Source of the DNA: Acetohalobium arabaticum DSM 5501
GTDB lineage: Bacteria; Bacillota; Halanaerobiia; Halobacteroidales; Acetohalobiaceae
NCBI RefSeq assembly: GCF_000144695.1
Contig: NC_014378.1
Span: 1,790,043 to 1,822,042 of the forward strand
Direction of reading: 5' to 3'
Length of the DNA stretch: 32,000 nucleotides
How positions within the stretch are numbered: the first letter of the stretch is position 1; each line of letters begins with the position of its first letter. This document shows, piece by piece, positions 24,839-32,000 of the stretch. The notes under the pieces are model-generated. The model was not told the DNA's origin and ran no database searches. It saw nothing but the letters and a program-made list of their open reading frames with translations. The position numbers and the translations under genes are program-made.

Positions 24839-24958
24839 TATTACTCTCCTCCTTCATAATCATGATTCATTATTAATTATTGTTGCTACTTTGTAATTAC
24901 TACTACCTTCTAACTAAGACCGTTTTCTGCTCCTCCCTTCTTTCACATTTACTAATAT

Positions 24959-24986
24959 AATATATTATGTTCTTAAAGATTGTCAA
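24959..24986 (-). promoter_or_regulatory. sigma-A-type promoter candidate for the NSS transporter
   Basis: Minus strand reads TTGACA - 16 nt - TATATT, leaving a 5' UTR of about 110 nt. Confidence 0.45.
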
Positions 24987-24997
24987 CTTATAATCTC

Positions 24998-25047
24998 AAA
25001 AAACAAAAAAAATGAGTAGGAGACGTATTTTCTCCGCCGTCCTCTCA
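24998..25047 (-). terminator. probable terminator after the GT4 gene
   Basis: Imperfect hairpin (25019-25023/25031-25035, with outer pairs 25013-25016/25044-25047), followed on the minus strand by TTTTTTTTGTTTTTT. Confidence 0.45.
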
Positions 25048-25064
25048 TATAACCACTCATACTA

Positions 25065-25880
25065 TTATATCCTGCCCCTACCTAATTGATCAATATAATT
25101 CAAAACTCTATTCCGAGCAATTAATTCTGTCAGTGAAGACTTTTCAGTATAAATATGAATCAGTACTAATCCAACCACTAACATAACCTTATAGATAAAT
25201 CCTAAAGAAAAAAGAAGGCCTAATCCTAAACAAGCACCTAATAAGTTTGAACCAACATCACCTAACATTGCCTCTGCCCGCAGATCAATTGGCAATAAAA
25301 TAATAACCATCACTAAAAGCGGTAATAGTAATTTAATAAATAAAATATCTGTTGCTAATAAGGAACTAAAAGTTATAATTATAAATCCCTTCAAGGCCCG
25401 TCCAGGCCGTAAGTCAAGCAGATTAATAAAATTAGTCATCAACACTACCAATGAAAAATTAACTAGCCTAACTACAAAATTATCCATAATAACTCTATTC
25501 ACAATTAAAAATGTAAAGATTCCTATTAAAGCCGCCTTCAAGAAACCTGTTGTGACTTGATATTCCTGCCACAGCTTGCGTAAATGTCCGCTAAAACCAC
25601 TGCTCTGTTCATAACCTAAGTAATCATCTGCTAATCCCGTTGCTCCTGCAACCATAATTAAGAATACAAAGGAAGTAACAACCTCTCCTGGATAAATTCG
25701 CAGTCCCTTGCCAACCAGCAAAATTATTACAGCATTGACTCCTAGCAACAAACCATAACCTACTGGAATCTCACAACCAGAAAAATTTTCTGTAACTAAG
25801 CTGTACCTAATTAATAACCTTTTGATTAATGGATAACCAAGATAGGTCAAAATTAGAGTTATTCCAGTTAATATAGCCAT
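25065..25880 (-). CDS. glycosyltransferase family 4 (MraY/WecA-like polyprenyl-phosphate sugar-phosphate transferase), short form
   Basis: 271-aa polytopic ORF with GLADDYLG and NLLDLRPGRALKG motifs. Its start overlaps the GT2 stop (TAATG). Confidence 0.6.
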   Translation of the reverse strand: MAILTGITLILTYLGYPLIKRLLIRYSLVTENFSGCEIPVGYGLLLGVNAVIILLVGKGLRIYPGEVVTSFVFLIMVAGATGLADDYLGYEQSSGFSGHLRKLWQEYQVTTGFLKAALIGIFTFLIVNRVIMDNFVVRLVNFSLVVLMTNFINLLDLRPGRALKGFIIITFSSLLATDILFIKLLLPLLVMVIILLPIDLRAEAMLGDVGSNLLGACLGLGLLFSLGFIYKVMLVVGLVLIHIYTEKSSLTELIARNRVLNYIDQLGRGRI

Positions 25881-26566
25881 TACCTTCCACTCCTTAACTG
25901 ATCTAGAAGCACCTTCAATACATCTTTAAACTGTCTACCCCGATGTCTAAACCCCTTCCAGTCCCTGCCGGTTTCGCGGTGGCTCATCTCTACCGGTATC
26001 TCTGCTACTTCAAAACCTCCGTTAATAACTTCAATTGTTAATCCTACCTCTACCCCAAAACCTGATTTAAAACCGTTTAAATAATCAATTACTTCTCTTG
26101 TCAAAACCCGCTGTCCGGAAAGAGGCGATCCAAACTCCTCTCCTGTAAAGAACTTCAACCCCAATTGGGCCAGATTGGTCACCAGTCCAAAGCCTCCTTT
26201 CTTCTCTGGAGAAGGGAAATCAGCTATCGACATATCAACTTGCTGATGTACTACTGGCTCTAACAACTTCTCCAATTCTACAGCAGTTTCTTCCAGGTCA
26301 GCATCTACTAAAGAAATTATTTTTCCCTGCGCAGCTTCTAACCCTTTATTTAAAGCAGCACCTTTACCCTGATTGGTCTCTAAATCTATTAATTTAGCCG
26401 GGGTTTTATTACTTACAATCTCAGCTGTATTATCAGTTGAACCGTCATTAATGGCTATAATCTCATCTATCTTTGGTACCTGATCTAAAGCACGAATAGT
26501 AAATTTAATTTTATCGGCTTCATTATAAGCAGGAACTAAGACAGTAACTTCACTCAATCTGAACAC
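25880..26566 (-). CDS. glycosyltransferase family 2
   Basis: VLVPAYNE, NDGSTDNT, GKGAALN and DADL motifs. Start is GTG at 26566, or more likely TTG at 26557, which lies 8 nt after GGGAG. Confidence 0.8.
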   Translation of the reverse strand: MFRLSEVTVLVPAYNEADKIKFTIRALDQVPKIDEIIAINDGSTDNTAEIVSNKTPAKLIDLETNQGKGAALNKGLEAAQGKIISLVDADLEETAVELEKLLEPVVHQQVDMSIADFPSPEKKGGFGLVTNLAQLGLKFFTGEEFGSPLSGQRVLTREVIDYLNGFKSGFGVEVGLTIEVINGGFEVAEIPVEMSHRETGRDWKGFRHRGRQFKDVLKVLLDQLRSGR

Positions 26567-27158
26567 TCCCAGTCTGAGATAAATTACCGCTTAATTTCAG
26601 AAAATATTTCATCAATTTCTGTTTAGAGCCCAGTATATCATCAGAGAGATACTTTATCTTTTTAAAATTATTATTATACTCTTTTTGCAGTTCCTTATCA
26701 GCAAATTTCTCTTTTGAACCTAAATAGATTAAGTAATTATATGAATCCAGTGTGACTTTTTTAGGTAAAGAATCTATCGGTTTGATTGTTATACGTTTAC
26801 TTCCGGCCAACTTAAAAATACTATTTAATTTATCAACCTTATCACCTAAATTAGATTTATTATGGACTACTAAAACAGTCTCATCATTGATGATGCCATC
26901 AACCACTACAGGAAATAATTCTTGTTGAAACTGCTGATTATCCTCTATCTTCTCCTGCAGGGATATAATTTTCTGTTGAAAGCGGTTGTTTTTGCGGCGT
27001 AAATGGTCAAAATCATTCTCCAAACGATTAATCATCTTCTGCTGTTCGGTAACTATTCCTTGTTTGCCAACCATAGAACTTCCGATTAAGATTCCAATCC
27101 CTAAAGTTAAAAAGATAATTACTGTAGTTACTATCTGATATCTGAGATCAATTACCAC
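26550..27158 (-). CDS. MctB-like 'copper transporter' family membrane-anchored protein
   Basis: 202-aa ORF. The N-terminus MVIDLRYQIVTTVIIFLTLGIGILIGS matches the MctB/PF11382 family start, followed by a coiled-coil segment. Confidence 0.6.
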   Translation of the reverse strand: MVIDLRYQIVTTVIIFLTLGIGILIGSSMVGKQGIVTEQQKMINRLENDFDHLRRKNNRFQQKIISLQEKIEDNQQFQQELFPVVVDGIINDETVLVVHNKSNLGDKVDKLNSIFKLAGSKRITIKPIDSLPKKVTLDSYNYLIYLGSKEKFADKELQKEYNNNFKKIKYLSDDILGSKQKLMKYFLKLSGNLSQTGSVQIE

Positions 27159-27179
27159 TCCTATCGTCTCCTTTCTTAA

Positions 27180-28298
27180 TTAAAAACCTAAGCTAAACCG
27201 CAGCTTAATTAGCAATAAGCGCATCATCTGCTGCATGGGGGGAGCAACAACTAAAATAATTATTACTGGAATCATTGCTGCTGCTATAATCTGCAGAATA
27301 TGTTTCGGCCTTAATCGGTTATTATAGAGTTTATTAACCCCCTTAGCATCTACTAATCTAGCCCCAATCTTTAATCTAGTCAAAAAAGTGCTGGACATAC
27401 CTGCTCTACCCTTCTCCAAAAAATCAATCATATTCGAATGGGTTCCTACCGCTGTAATTAACTCTGACCCCTTCTCATAAGCCAGCTGCATAGCTATATC
27501 TTCACTAGTACCAGGAGCTGGAAACTTCTGAGCCGTTAAGTTTAAATCATGTATCCGCTCCATTCCAGGAGCATCTCCATTAGGATAAGCATGGACAATT
27601 AATTCTGCTCCTAGCTGTAGGGCATAATCACTGATACTATCCATATCACCGATAATAATATCAGGTTCAAACCCAAACTCTAGCAAAGCATCTGCTCCAC
27701 CGTCAACACCAATCAAGACCGGTTCAATCTCTCTGATATAAGAAGTGATAGCCTCCAAGTCATCCTTATAATCCTGACCCCTAACTACAATTAAAACATG
27801 CTCTCCTTCAATCTGAGTCTCAATTTCAGGTGGATGCAAATCCAAAATTAAATCTTTCTCCTCTTTAGCATACTCTAAAGTATTTTCAACAAACTTATCT
27901 AATTCTTCTTCTAGATTCTCTCTACTTATTTTGAGTTTTTCTTCGAGAGTTGCTCTATCCAATACCCTACCCTCAGCAATCTTACTCCCAGCTTTAAATA
28001 TTTCATTATCAACTATCCGAATTTTATCACCGTCTTCTAATTTTTGAAAGATTTCTGTTCCCACCTCATCTATAATAAATATATTATTAGTAAGTAATTC
28101 CTCCGGACCTAAATTCGGATACTTGCCAGTAATTGAGGAGCTGGCATTAACAACTGCTTTAATCCCAGTATCAATTAAAGAAGTAGCTGCTAACTGATCT
28201 ATATCTGTATGGTCAATAACTGCTATTTCTCTTCCGGTTAACTGTTTAACTAATTTTTTAGTTTTTTTACCTAATTTTACTTCTGCATTTATTTCCAT
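27180..28298 (-). CDS. steA: SteA-like protein (thiamine-pyrophosphokinase-like domain plus C-terminal TM)
   Basis: 372-aa ORF with GVDGGADAL and IIGDMDS (TPK-catalytic-like) motifs and a C-terminal TM (ILQIIAAAMIPVIIILVVAPP). Sits next to the MctB-like gene, as in Actinobacteria. Confidence 0.55.
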   Translation of the reverse strand: MEINAEVKLGKKTKKLVKQLTGREIAVIDHTDIDQLAATSLIDTGIKAVVNASSSITGKYPNLGPEELLTNNIFIIDEVGTEIFQKLEDGDKIRIVDNEIFKAGSKIAEGRVLDRATLEEKLKISRENLEEELDKFVENTLEYAKEEKDLILDLHPPEIETQIEGEHVLIVVRGQDYKDDLEAITSYIREIEPVLIGVDGGADALLEFGFEPDIIIGDMDSISDYALQLGAELIVHAYPNGDAPGMERIHDLNLTAQKFPAPGTSEDIAMQLAYEKGSELITAVGTHSNMIDFLEKGRAGMSSTFLTRLKIGARLVDAKGVNKLYNNRLRPKHILQIIAAAMIPVIIILVVAPPMQQMMRLLLIKLRFSLGF

Positions 28299-28555
28299 GT
28301 TAGTACCTCCAGCTTAAATTCAGTTTTAGTATATACTTCTCTATCTTTTCTAATACCGAATTAAAAAACTACATTCTAATGTAAAAAGTGGTGTTAAATA
28401 ACCAAGTGTCCAGATAATCATATTCTGCAACAGATATAAGATAAAATATTGTGAAAATTATCTTTATTTTAAATTTTTGCATTTATTGCAGGAATATAAT
28501 AATAAATATCGTAATAGTTATAAAAGAAAAAATATTATGAATAAGGAGGAGTTCA

Positions 28556-29197
28556 ATGCCAAAGGAAACCAAAGAAGTATCAGAATCTGTTATTAAACGG
28601 ATGTCTTTTTACTCACAAATTTTAGAAAAATTAAAAACAAAAGATGTTGAGTTTATTTCAATTCAGCAGTTAGAAGAAAAGTTTGGACTTAATGTAATCC
28701 GATTTCGTAAGGATCTAGCCTGTTTTGGAGAATTCAACATGCAAGAGTTAGTTATGAATCAGTGGGAAGTAGATAAACTATTATCTAAACTAAAGAAAAT
28801 TTTAGGATTAAATAAAAAACAAAAAGCAATTCTGATTGGAGGAGGACGTATAGGGACAGCACTGACTGATTTTAACCAAAAAGAAAAAAATTCTGAAGTT
28901 AAAATTAAATCTGTGTTTGATAATGATCCAGAAAAAATTGGTACAAAAATTGGAGAACTAGAAATTAAACCGGTTAGTAAAGTACCACAAGTAGTCAAAG
29001 AAATCAATCCTGAAATAGGTATTATTACAGTTTCTAACCAAACTGCACAACAAGTTGCAGATTTATTAATCGAAAATGGAATTAAAGTTTTACTTAACTT
29101 TGCTTCTATTCATGTGGAAGTCCCAGAAGAGGTATATCTCCAAAATATTGATTTAACTTTAGAAATGAGAAAATTAATGTACTATTCTAATTCATAA
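28556..29197 (+). CDS. rex: redox-sensing transcriptional repressor Rex (divergent)
   Basis: 213-aa ORF with an N-terminal winged helix (VIKRMSFYSQILEKL ... RKDLACFGEF), a Rossmann GGGRIG motif and strong SD AAGGAGGAG. The only plus-strand gene in the window. Confidence 0.75.
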   Translation: MPKETKEVSESVIKRMSFYSQILEKLKTKDVEFISIQQLEEKFGLNVIRFRKDLACFGEFNMQELVMNQWEVDKLLSKLKKILGLNKKQKAILIGGGRIGTALTDFNQKEKNSEVKIKSVFDNDPEKIGTKIGELEIKPVSKVPQVVKEINPEIGIITVSNQTAQQVADLLIENGIKVLLNFASIHVEVPEEVYLQNIDLTLEMRKLMYYSNS

Positions 29198-29213
29198 AAT
29201 CTGCTTATATAAT

Positions 29214-29249
29214 AAAAAAGAACTAAGTCAATTGACTTAGTTCTTTTTT
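29214..29249. terminator. bidirectional intrinsic terminator between rex and spo0A
   Basis: Perfect 36-nt palindrome aaaaaagaactaagtcaa/ttgacttagttctttttt. This gives a U-tract on both strands. Confidence 0.75.
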
Positions 29250-29285
29250 ATTATTTGATTTTTCACTACTTTAAAATTACTTTTG

Positions 29286-30074
29286 TCAACTAGCCTTTAT
29301 CTCTAATCTTAATTTATCAGCAATTTTGGCAATAAACTGCGAATTAGTCGGTTTGCCGCTTTCGGTACTTACAGAGTGACCAAATAATTTATTAATAGCC
29401 TCAGTATTACCACGCTCCCAAGCTACCTCTATAGCATGGCGAATTGCACGTTCCACTCTACTAGGCGTTGTATTAAACTTGCGGGCAACCAAGGGATATA
29501 ATTCTTTAGTAATAGCACCCAATAATTCAACTTCTTCTACTACCATCCCTATTGCTTCCCGTAGATATAGATAACCTTTAATATGAGCAGGAACTCCAAT
29601 TTCATGCATGATATCAGTAATTCTTACATCCAGATTCTGACTCTTATCTGTAGTAGCATTAGCAGTAGCAGTTACACCACCCTGTTGTCCAACAGGAGTC
29701 ATCAACTGTTCAATTCGATCTACTAATTTCTCTAAGTCAAACGGCTTCAGAATATAATAATTTGCTCCTAACTCTACTACTTTCTGTGTCAATTCTTCTT
29801 GACCAAAAGCAGTCAACATAATAACCTTTAAATCATTGATTTTACCGTCTTCCTTTAATTCTTCCAATACTCCAATACCGTCAAGATGAGGCATAATAAT
29901 GTCAAGAATTACAACATCTGGGTCTTTTTCTTCAATTAAATCTAAAGCTTCCAATCCATTATTTCCAACACCAATTACTTCCATATTTTCTTGTTCTTCA
30001 ATAAATTCTCTAACTAGCTGGCAAAACTCTTTATTATCATCTACTAACAATACTTTAGTATTATCCTTCTCCAT
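29286..30074 (-). CDS. spo0A: sporulation master response regulator Spo0A
   Basis: 262-aa ORF with a receiver domain ([20 protein letters not shown]) and the Spo0A-specific C-domain ([15 protein letters not shown]). Confidence 0.95.
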   Translation of the reverse strand: MEKDNTKVLLVDDNKEFCQLVREFIEEQENMEVIGVGNNGLEALDLIEEKDPDVVILDIIMPHLDGIGVLEELKEDGKINDLKVIMLTAFGQEELTQKVVELGANYYILKPFDLEKLVDRIEQLMTPVGQQGGVTATANATTDKSQNLDVRITDIMHEIGVPAHIKGYLYLREAIGMVVEEVELLGAITKELYPLVARKFNTTPSRVERAIRHAIEVAWERGNTEAINKLFGHSVSTESGKPTNSQFIAKIADKLRLEIKAS

Positions 30075-30170
30075 ATTACACTCCCCCTTATGAATATAAT
30101 TATTAATTGTAAAATTTATGTATTCTTAACTATTTGTTTCTACATCAATTACCAATTTCCTCCTTTCAAA

Positions 30171-30210
30171 TAAAAAAACTAGAGAATTAATTTAAATTAA
30201 TTCTCTAGTT
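30171..30210 (-). terminator. intrinsic terminator after spoIVB
   Basis: 14-bp stem 30177-30190 / 30197-30210 with a 6-nt loop, followed by a T-run on the minus strand. The spoIVB TAG stop lies inside the stem. Confidence 0.75.
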
Positions 30211-31554
30211 TTGAGCCATTTTATCTTGTATTAAGCCTGCCTTTTCTATCATCCATTCTGCTAAAACACCATAGCCTTTAGTAGAATCATTGATAAACAC
30301 ATGGGTTACTGCGCCTACTAGTTTACCATTTTGAACGATAGGACTTCCGCTCATCCCCTGAATTATGCCTCCAGTTTTATTTAGAAGCTCATGATCCGTA
30401 ATCTTAACTACAAGACCTTTTTCATGGGGACTCTGCTGCTTCATAACCTCTACAATTTGAATCTGAAACTCTTCAATTTCATCATCCTCAACTACAGTAT
30501 AAATCTTTGCTGGTCCCCGCTTAACCTGCAATGCTGTAGCAACAGGAATCGGGTCTGGAAAGAACTTATTTGAAACAGTATGATTTAATTTTCCATAGAT
30601 ACCAAATCTATCATTCTTATTAATCTTACCCATTATCTGCTGGTTATCAAAGAAAGTTCCTAACTTTTCACCTGGTAAAGTATCATTTCCCCGCTGAATA
30701 CCTGAAATATCTGCTTTTACTATCTTACCTTCACTAATAGGCATCCGCGATCTACTATTAGGTTCAGTAATCATATGGCCTAATGCTCCATACATTTTAG
30801 TCTGCGGATCATAGAAAGTCATCGTTCCTACTCCTGTAGCTCCATCATCAATATATAAGCCAATCATATACCGACCTGAATGATTCTTTTTAGGTTCTAG
30901 ATTCTTAGTAATTAAACTTCCATTTCTCCTTATTTTCAACTTTAATACTTCCTGACGCTGACCATAATAATTAATCAGCTTAGATAAAGATTTCTTTCCT
31001 TCTACCCGCTGGCCATTAACAGCCAAGATTCTGTCTCCAACCTTAATTCCTGCTGAATTAGCCAGATAATATTTTTCATTATCAGTTCCTAAAACATAGG
31101 ACTTCTTAACTACTAATACTCCTTTTGATTCGAGTATAATTCCAACTGATTGGCCGCCAGGATAGACTTTAACCTGAGGAATAACGTTAACTGTTGCCTG
31201 CCGAATTGGAATAACACCGAATAGATTAAACTCTAAATCAATTTCACCTAAAACAGCAGACTTAATAGCCAAAGGATTACTGAGATCAACTTTAAAATAA
31301 TTATCATTTACCTGCTGACCATTAATCTTTAACTCTTCACTTTTATCGACACGGATATAGACAGGGAAAGGAAAGTCAATCTCTAGTAACTGCTTGTGGC
31401 CTTTAACTATCTGTAACTCTTCTGGAAAGCCAATTGTCGTAAGAAACATGGGAATTAATAAGGTAAGCACCAATAGACTAATGCCAAGATACAGGGAGGA
31501 TCTCTTCCATCTCTGCTTCACAGATTTAATCACACTCCTACACAGCCTCCCCAT
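30205..31554 (-). CDS. spoIVB: SpoIVB peptidase (S55) with PDZ domain
   Basis: 449-aa ORF with an N-terminal TM, a PDZ domain (GIKVGDRILAVNG), and catalytic contexts GALGH and GMSGSPI. Stop codon is TAG. Confidence 0.9.
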   Translation of the reverse strand: MGRLCRSVIKSVKQRWKRSSLYLGISLLVLTLLIPMFLTTIGFPEELQIVKGHKQLLEIDFPFPVYIRVDKSEELKINGQQVNDNYFKVDLSNPLAIKSAVLGEIDLEFNLFGVIPIRQATVNVIPQVKVYPGGQSVGIILESKGVLVVKKSYVLGTDNEKYYLANSAGIKVGDRILAVNGQRVEGKKSLSKLINYYGQRQEVLKLKIRRNGSLITKNLEPKKNHSGRYMIGLYIDDGATGVGTMTFYDPQTKMYGALGHMITEPNSRSRMPISEGKIVKADISGIQRGNDTLPGEKLGTFFDNQQIMGKINKNDRFGIYGKLNHTVSNKFFPDPIPVATALQVKRGPAKIYTVVEDDEIEEFQIQIVEVMKQQSPHEKGLVVKITDHELLNKTGGIIQGMSGSPIVQNGKLVGAVTHVFINDSTKGYGVLAEWMIEKAGLIQDKMAQN

Positions 31555-31633
31555 CTCTGTGTAGAACTCCTCCGGTAAAAAATTTCAGATTCAAAATACC
31601 TCTATATTTAAAGATGCCCTCTTTTATTTTTAT

Positions 31634-32000
31634 TTATTCAATTTTACTCTCTAAAATAGTTTCCTTCTTCTTCCTAGCCAGCTTGATCATTTCATCAGCA
31701 TGTTCTAAAGTAGCATCAGTCAACTGGCTTCCAGCTAACATTCGCGATAATTCTTCGATACGTTTCTTATCTTCTAGCTGAACTACTTCTGTTTTTGTTT
31801 GCCCATCAGTCATATTTTTGGAAATATGGTAATGAGTATCTCCCATACTGGCAATCTGAGGTAAGTGAGTAATAGAGATAACCTGCTGATTTTGAGCAAT
31901 AATGGCCAACTTTTCTGCTACTAGATCAGCAACCCTACCACCTATTCCAGTATCAACTTCATCGAAGATAAGCGTCTGAACTTCATCATTTTCAGCTATA
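31634..32000 (-). CDS. recN: DNA repair protein RecN, C-terminal part (continues past the window end)
   Basis: The frame stays open to position 32000. FDEVDTGIGG (Walker B/D-loop) lies upstream of the track's TTG pseudo-start, and the C-terminal sequence is RecN-like. Confidence 0.85.
   Translation of the reverse strand, partial: IAENDEVQTLIFDEVDTGIGGRVADLVAEKLAIIAQNQQVISITHLPQIASMGDTHYHISKNMTDGQTKTEVVQLEDKKRIEELSRMLAGSQLTDATLEHADEMIKLARKKKETILESKIE

Noticed and set aside
24839-24958. Riboswitch in the ~110-nt 5' UTR of the NSS transporter
   Set aside because: I could recognise no conserved riboswitch core (SAM, T-box, glycine, etc.) and no terminator/antiterminator pair.
28449-28466. Rex operator upstream of rex
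   Set aside because: Only one TTGTGAA half-site is present, and the expected inverted partner (TTCACAA) is absent. The nearby GTGTTAAATAACCA (28390-28403) is only a partial palindrome.
29214-29249. 36-nt perfect palindrome as a mobile-element or MITE end
   Set aside because: It is a single copy flanked by A/T runs, placed between convergent genes (rex and spo0A). A bidirectional terminator explains it fully.
4771-30573. Opposite-strand track ORFs (4771..4971, 5763..6077, 6334..6576, 7666..7917, 10350..10553, 11079..11303, 11319..11507, 13497..13733, 14139..14348, 15137..15328, 17928..18110, 22212..22400, 22255..22524, 28759..29007, 29899..30093, 30391..30573)
   Set aside because: All lie antisense within long, family-assignable genes. 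They have low-complexity or Ser/Pro/Ile-rich translations and no ribosome-binding sites, so they are shadow ORFs.

Overview
Low-GC Firmicute chromosome from an anaerobic spore-former, possibly Halanaerobiales-like (inference only). 34 of 35 genes lie on the minus strand; only rex is on the plus strand. Right to left: recN (partial), spoIVB, spo0A, rex, a steA / mctB-like / GT2 / GT4 envelope operon, an NSS transporter with an untracked 31-codon MetS-like small subunit, an mtmB-mtmC methylamine module, an ornithine/alanine-racemase-like gene, an M20 peptidase, a DUF3866-like gene, nudF, an orphan, spoIIM, deoB, punA, pdp, dacF, spoIIAA-spoIIAB-sigF, a 567-bp ORF-free spacer, a spoVA operon (small ORF, spoVAC, AD, AEB, AEA, AF), a ZIP transporter and a three-gene acyl-CoA-dehydratase-activase-like cluster. 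Two items stand out. (1) The two ORFs at 21553..22317 and 22333..22941 form one monomethylamine methyltransferase interrupted by a single in-frame TAG at about the position where archaeal MtmB carries pyrrolysine. This implies UAG recoding, yet TAG also ends 5 of the 35 genes here. (2) The sigF-spoVA spacer (8001..8567) is locally GC-rich, has no terminator after sigF, holds several long-range helices with competing partners, and ends in a clean intrinsic terminator. That fits a large structured ncRNA or 3' UTR I cannot assign to a known family. All calls rest on reading the sequence and recalling protein families; no searches were run.
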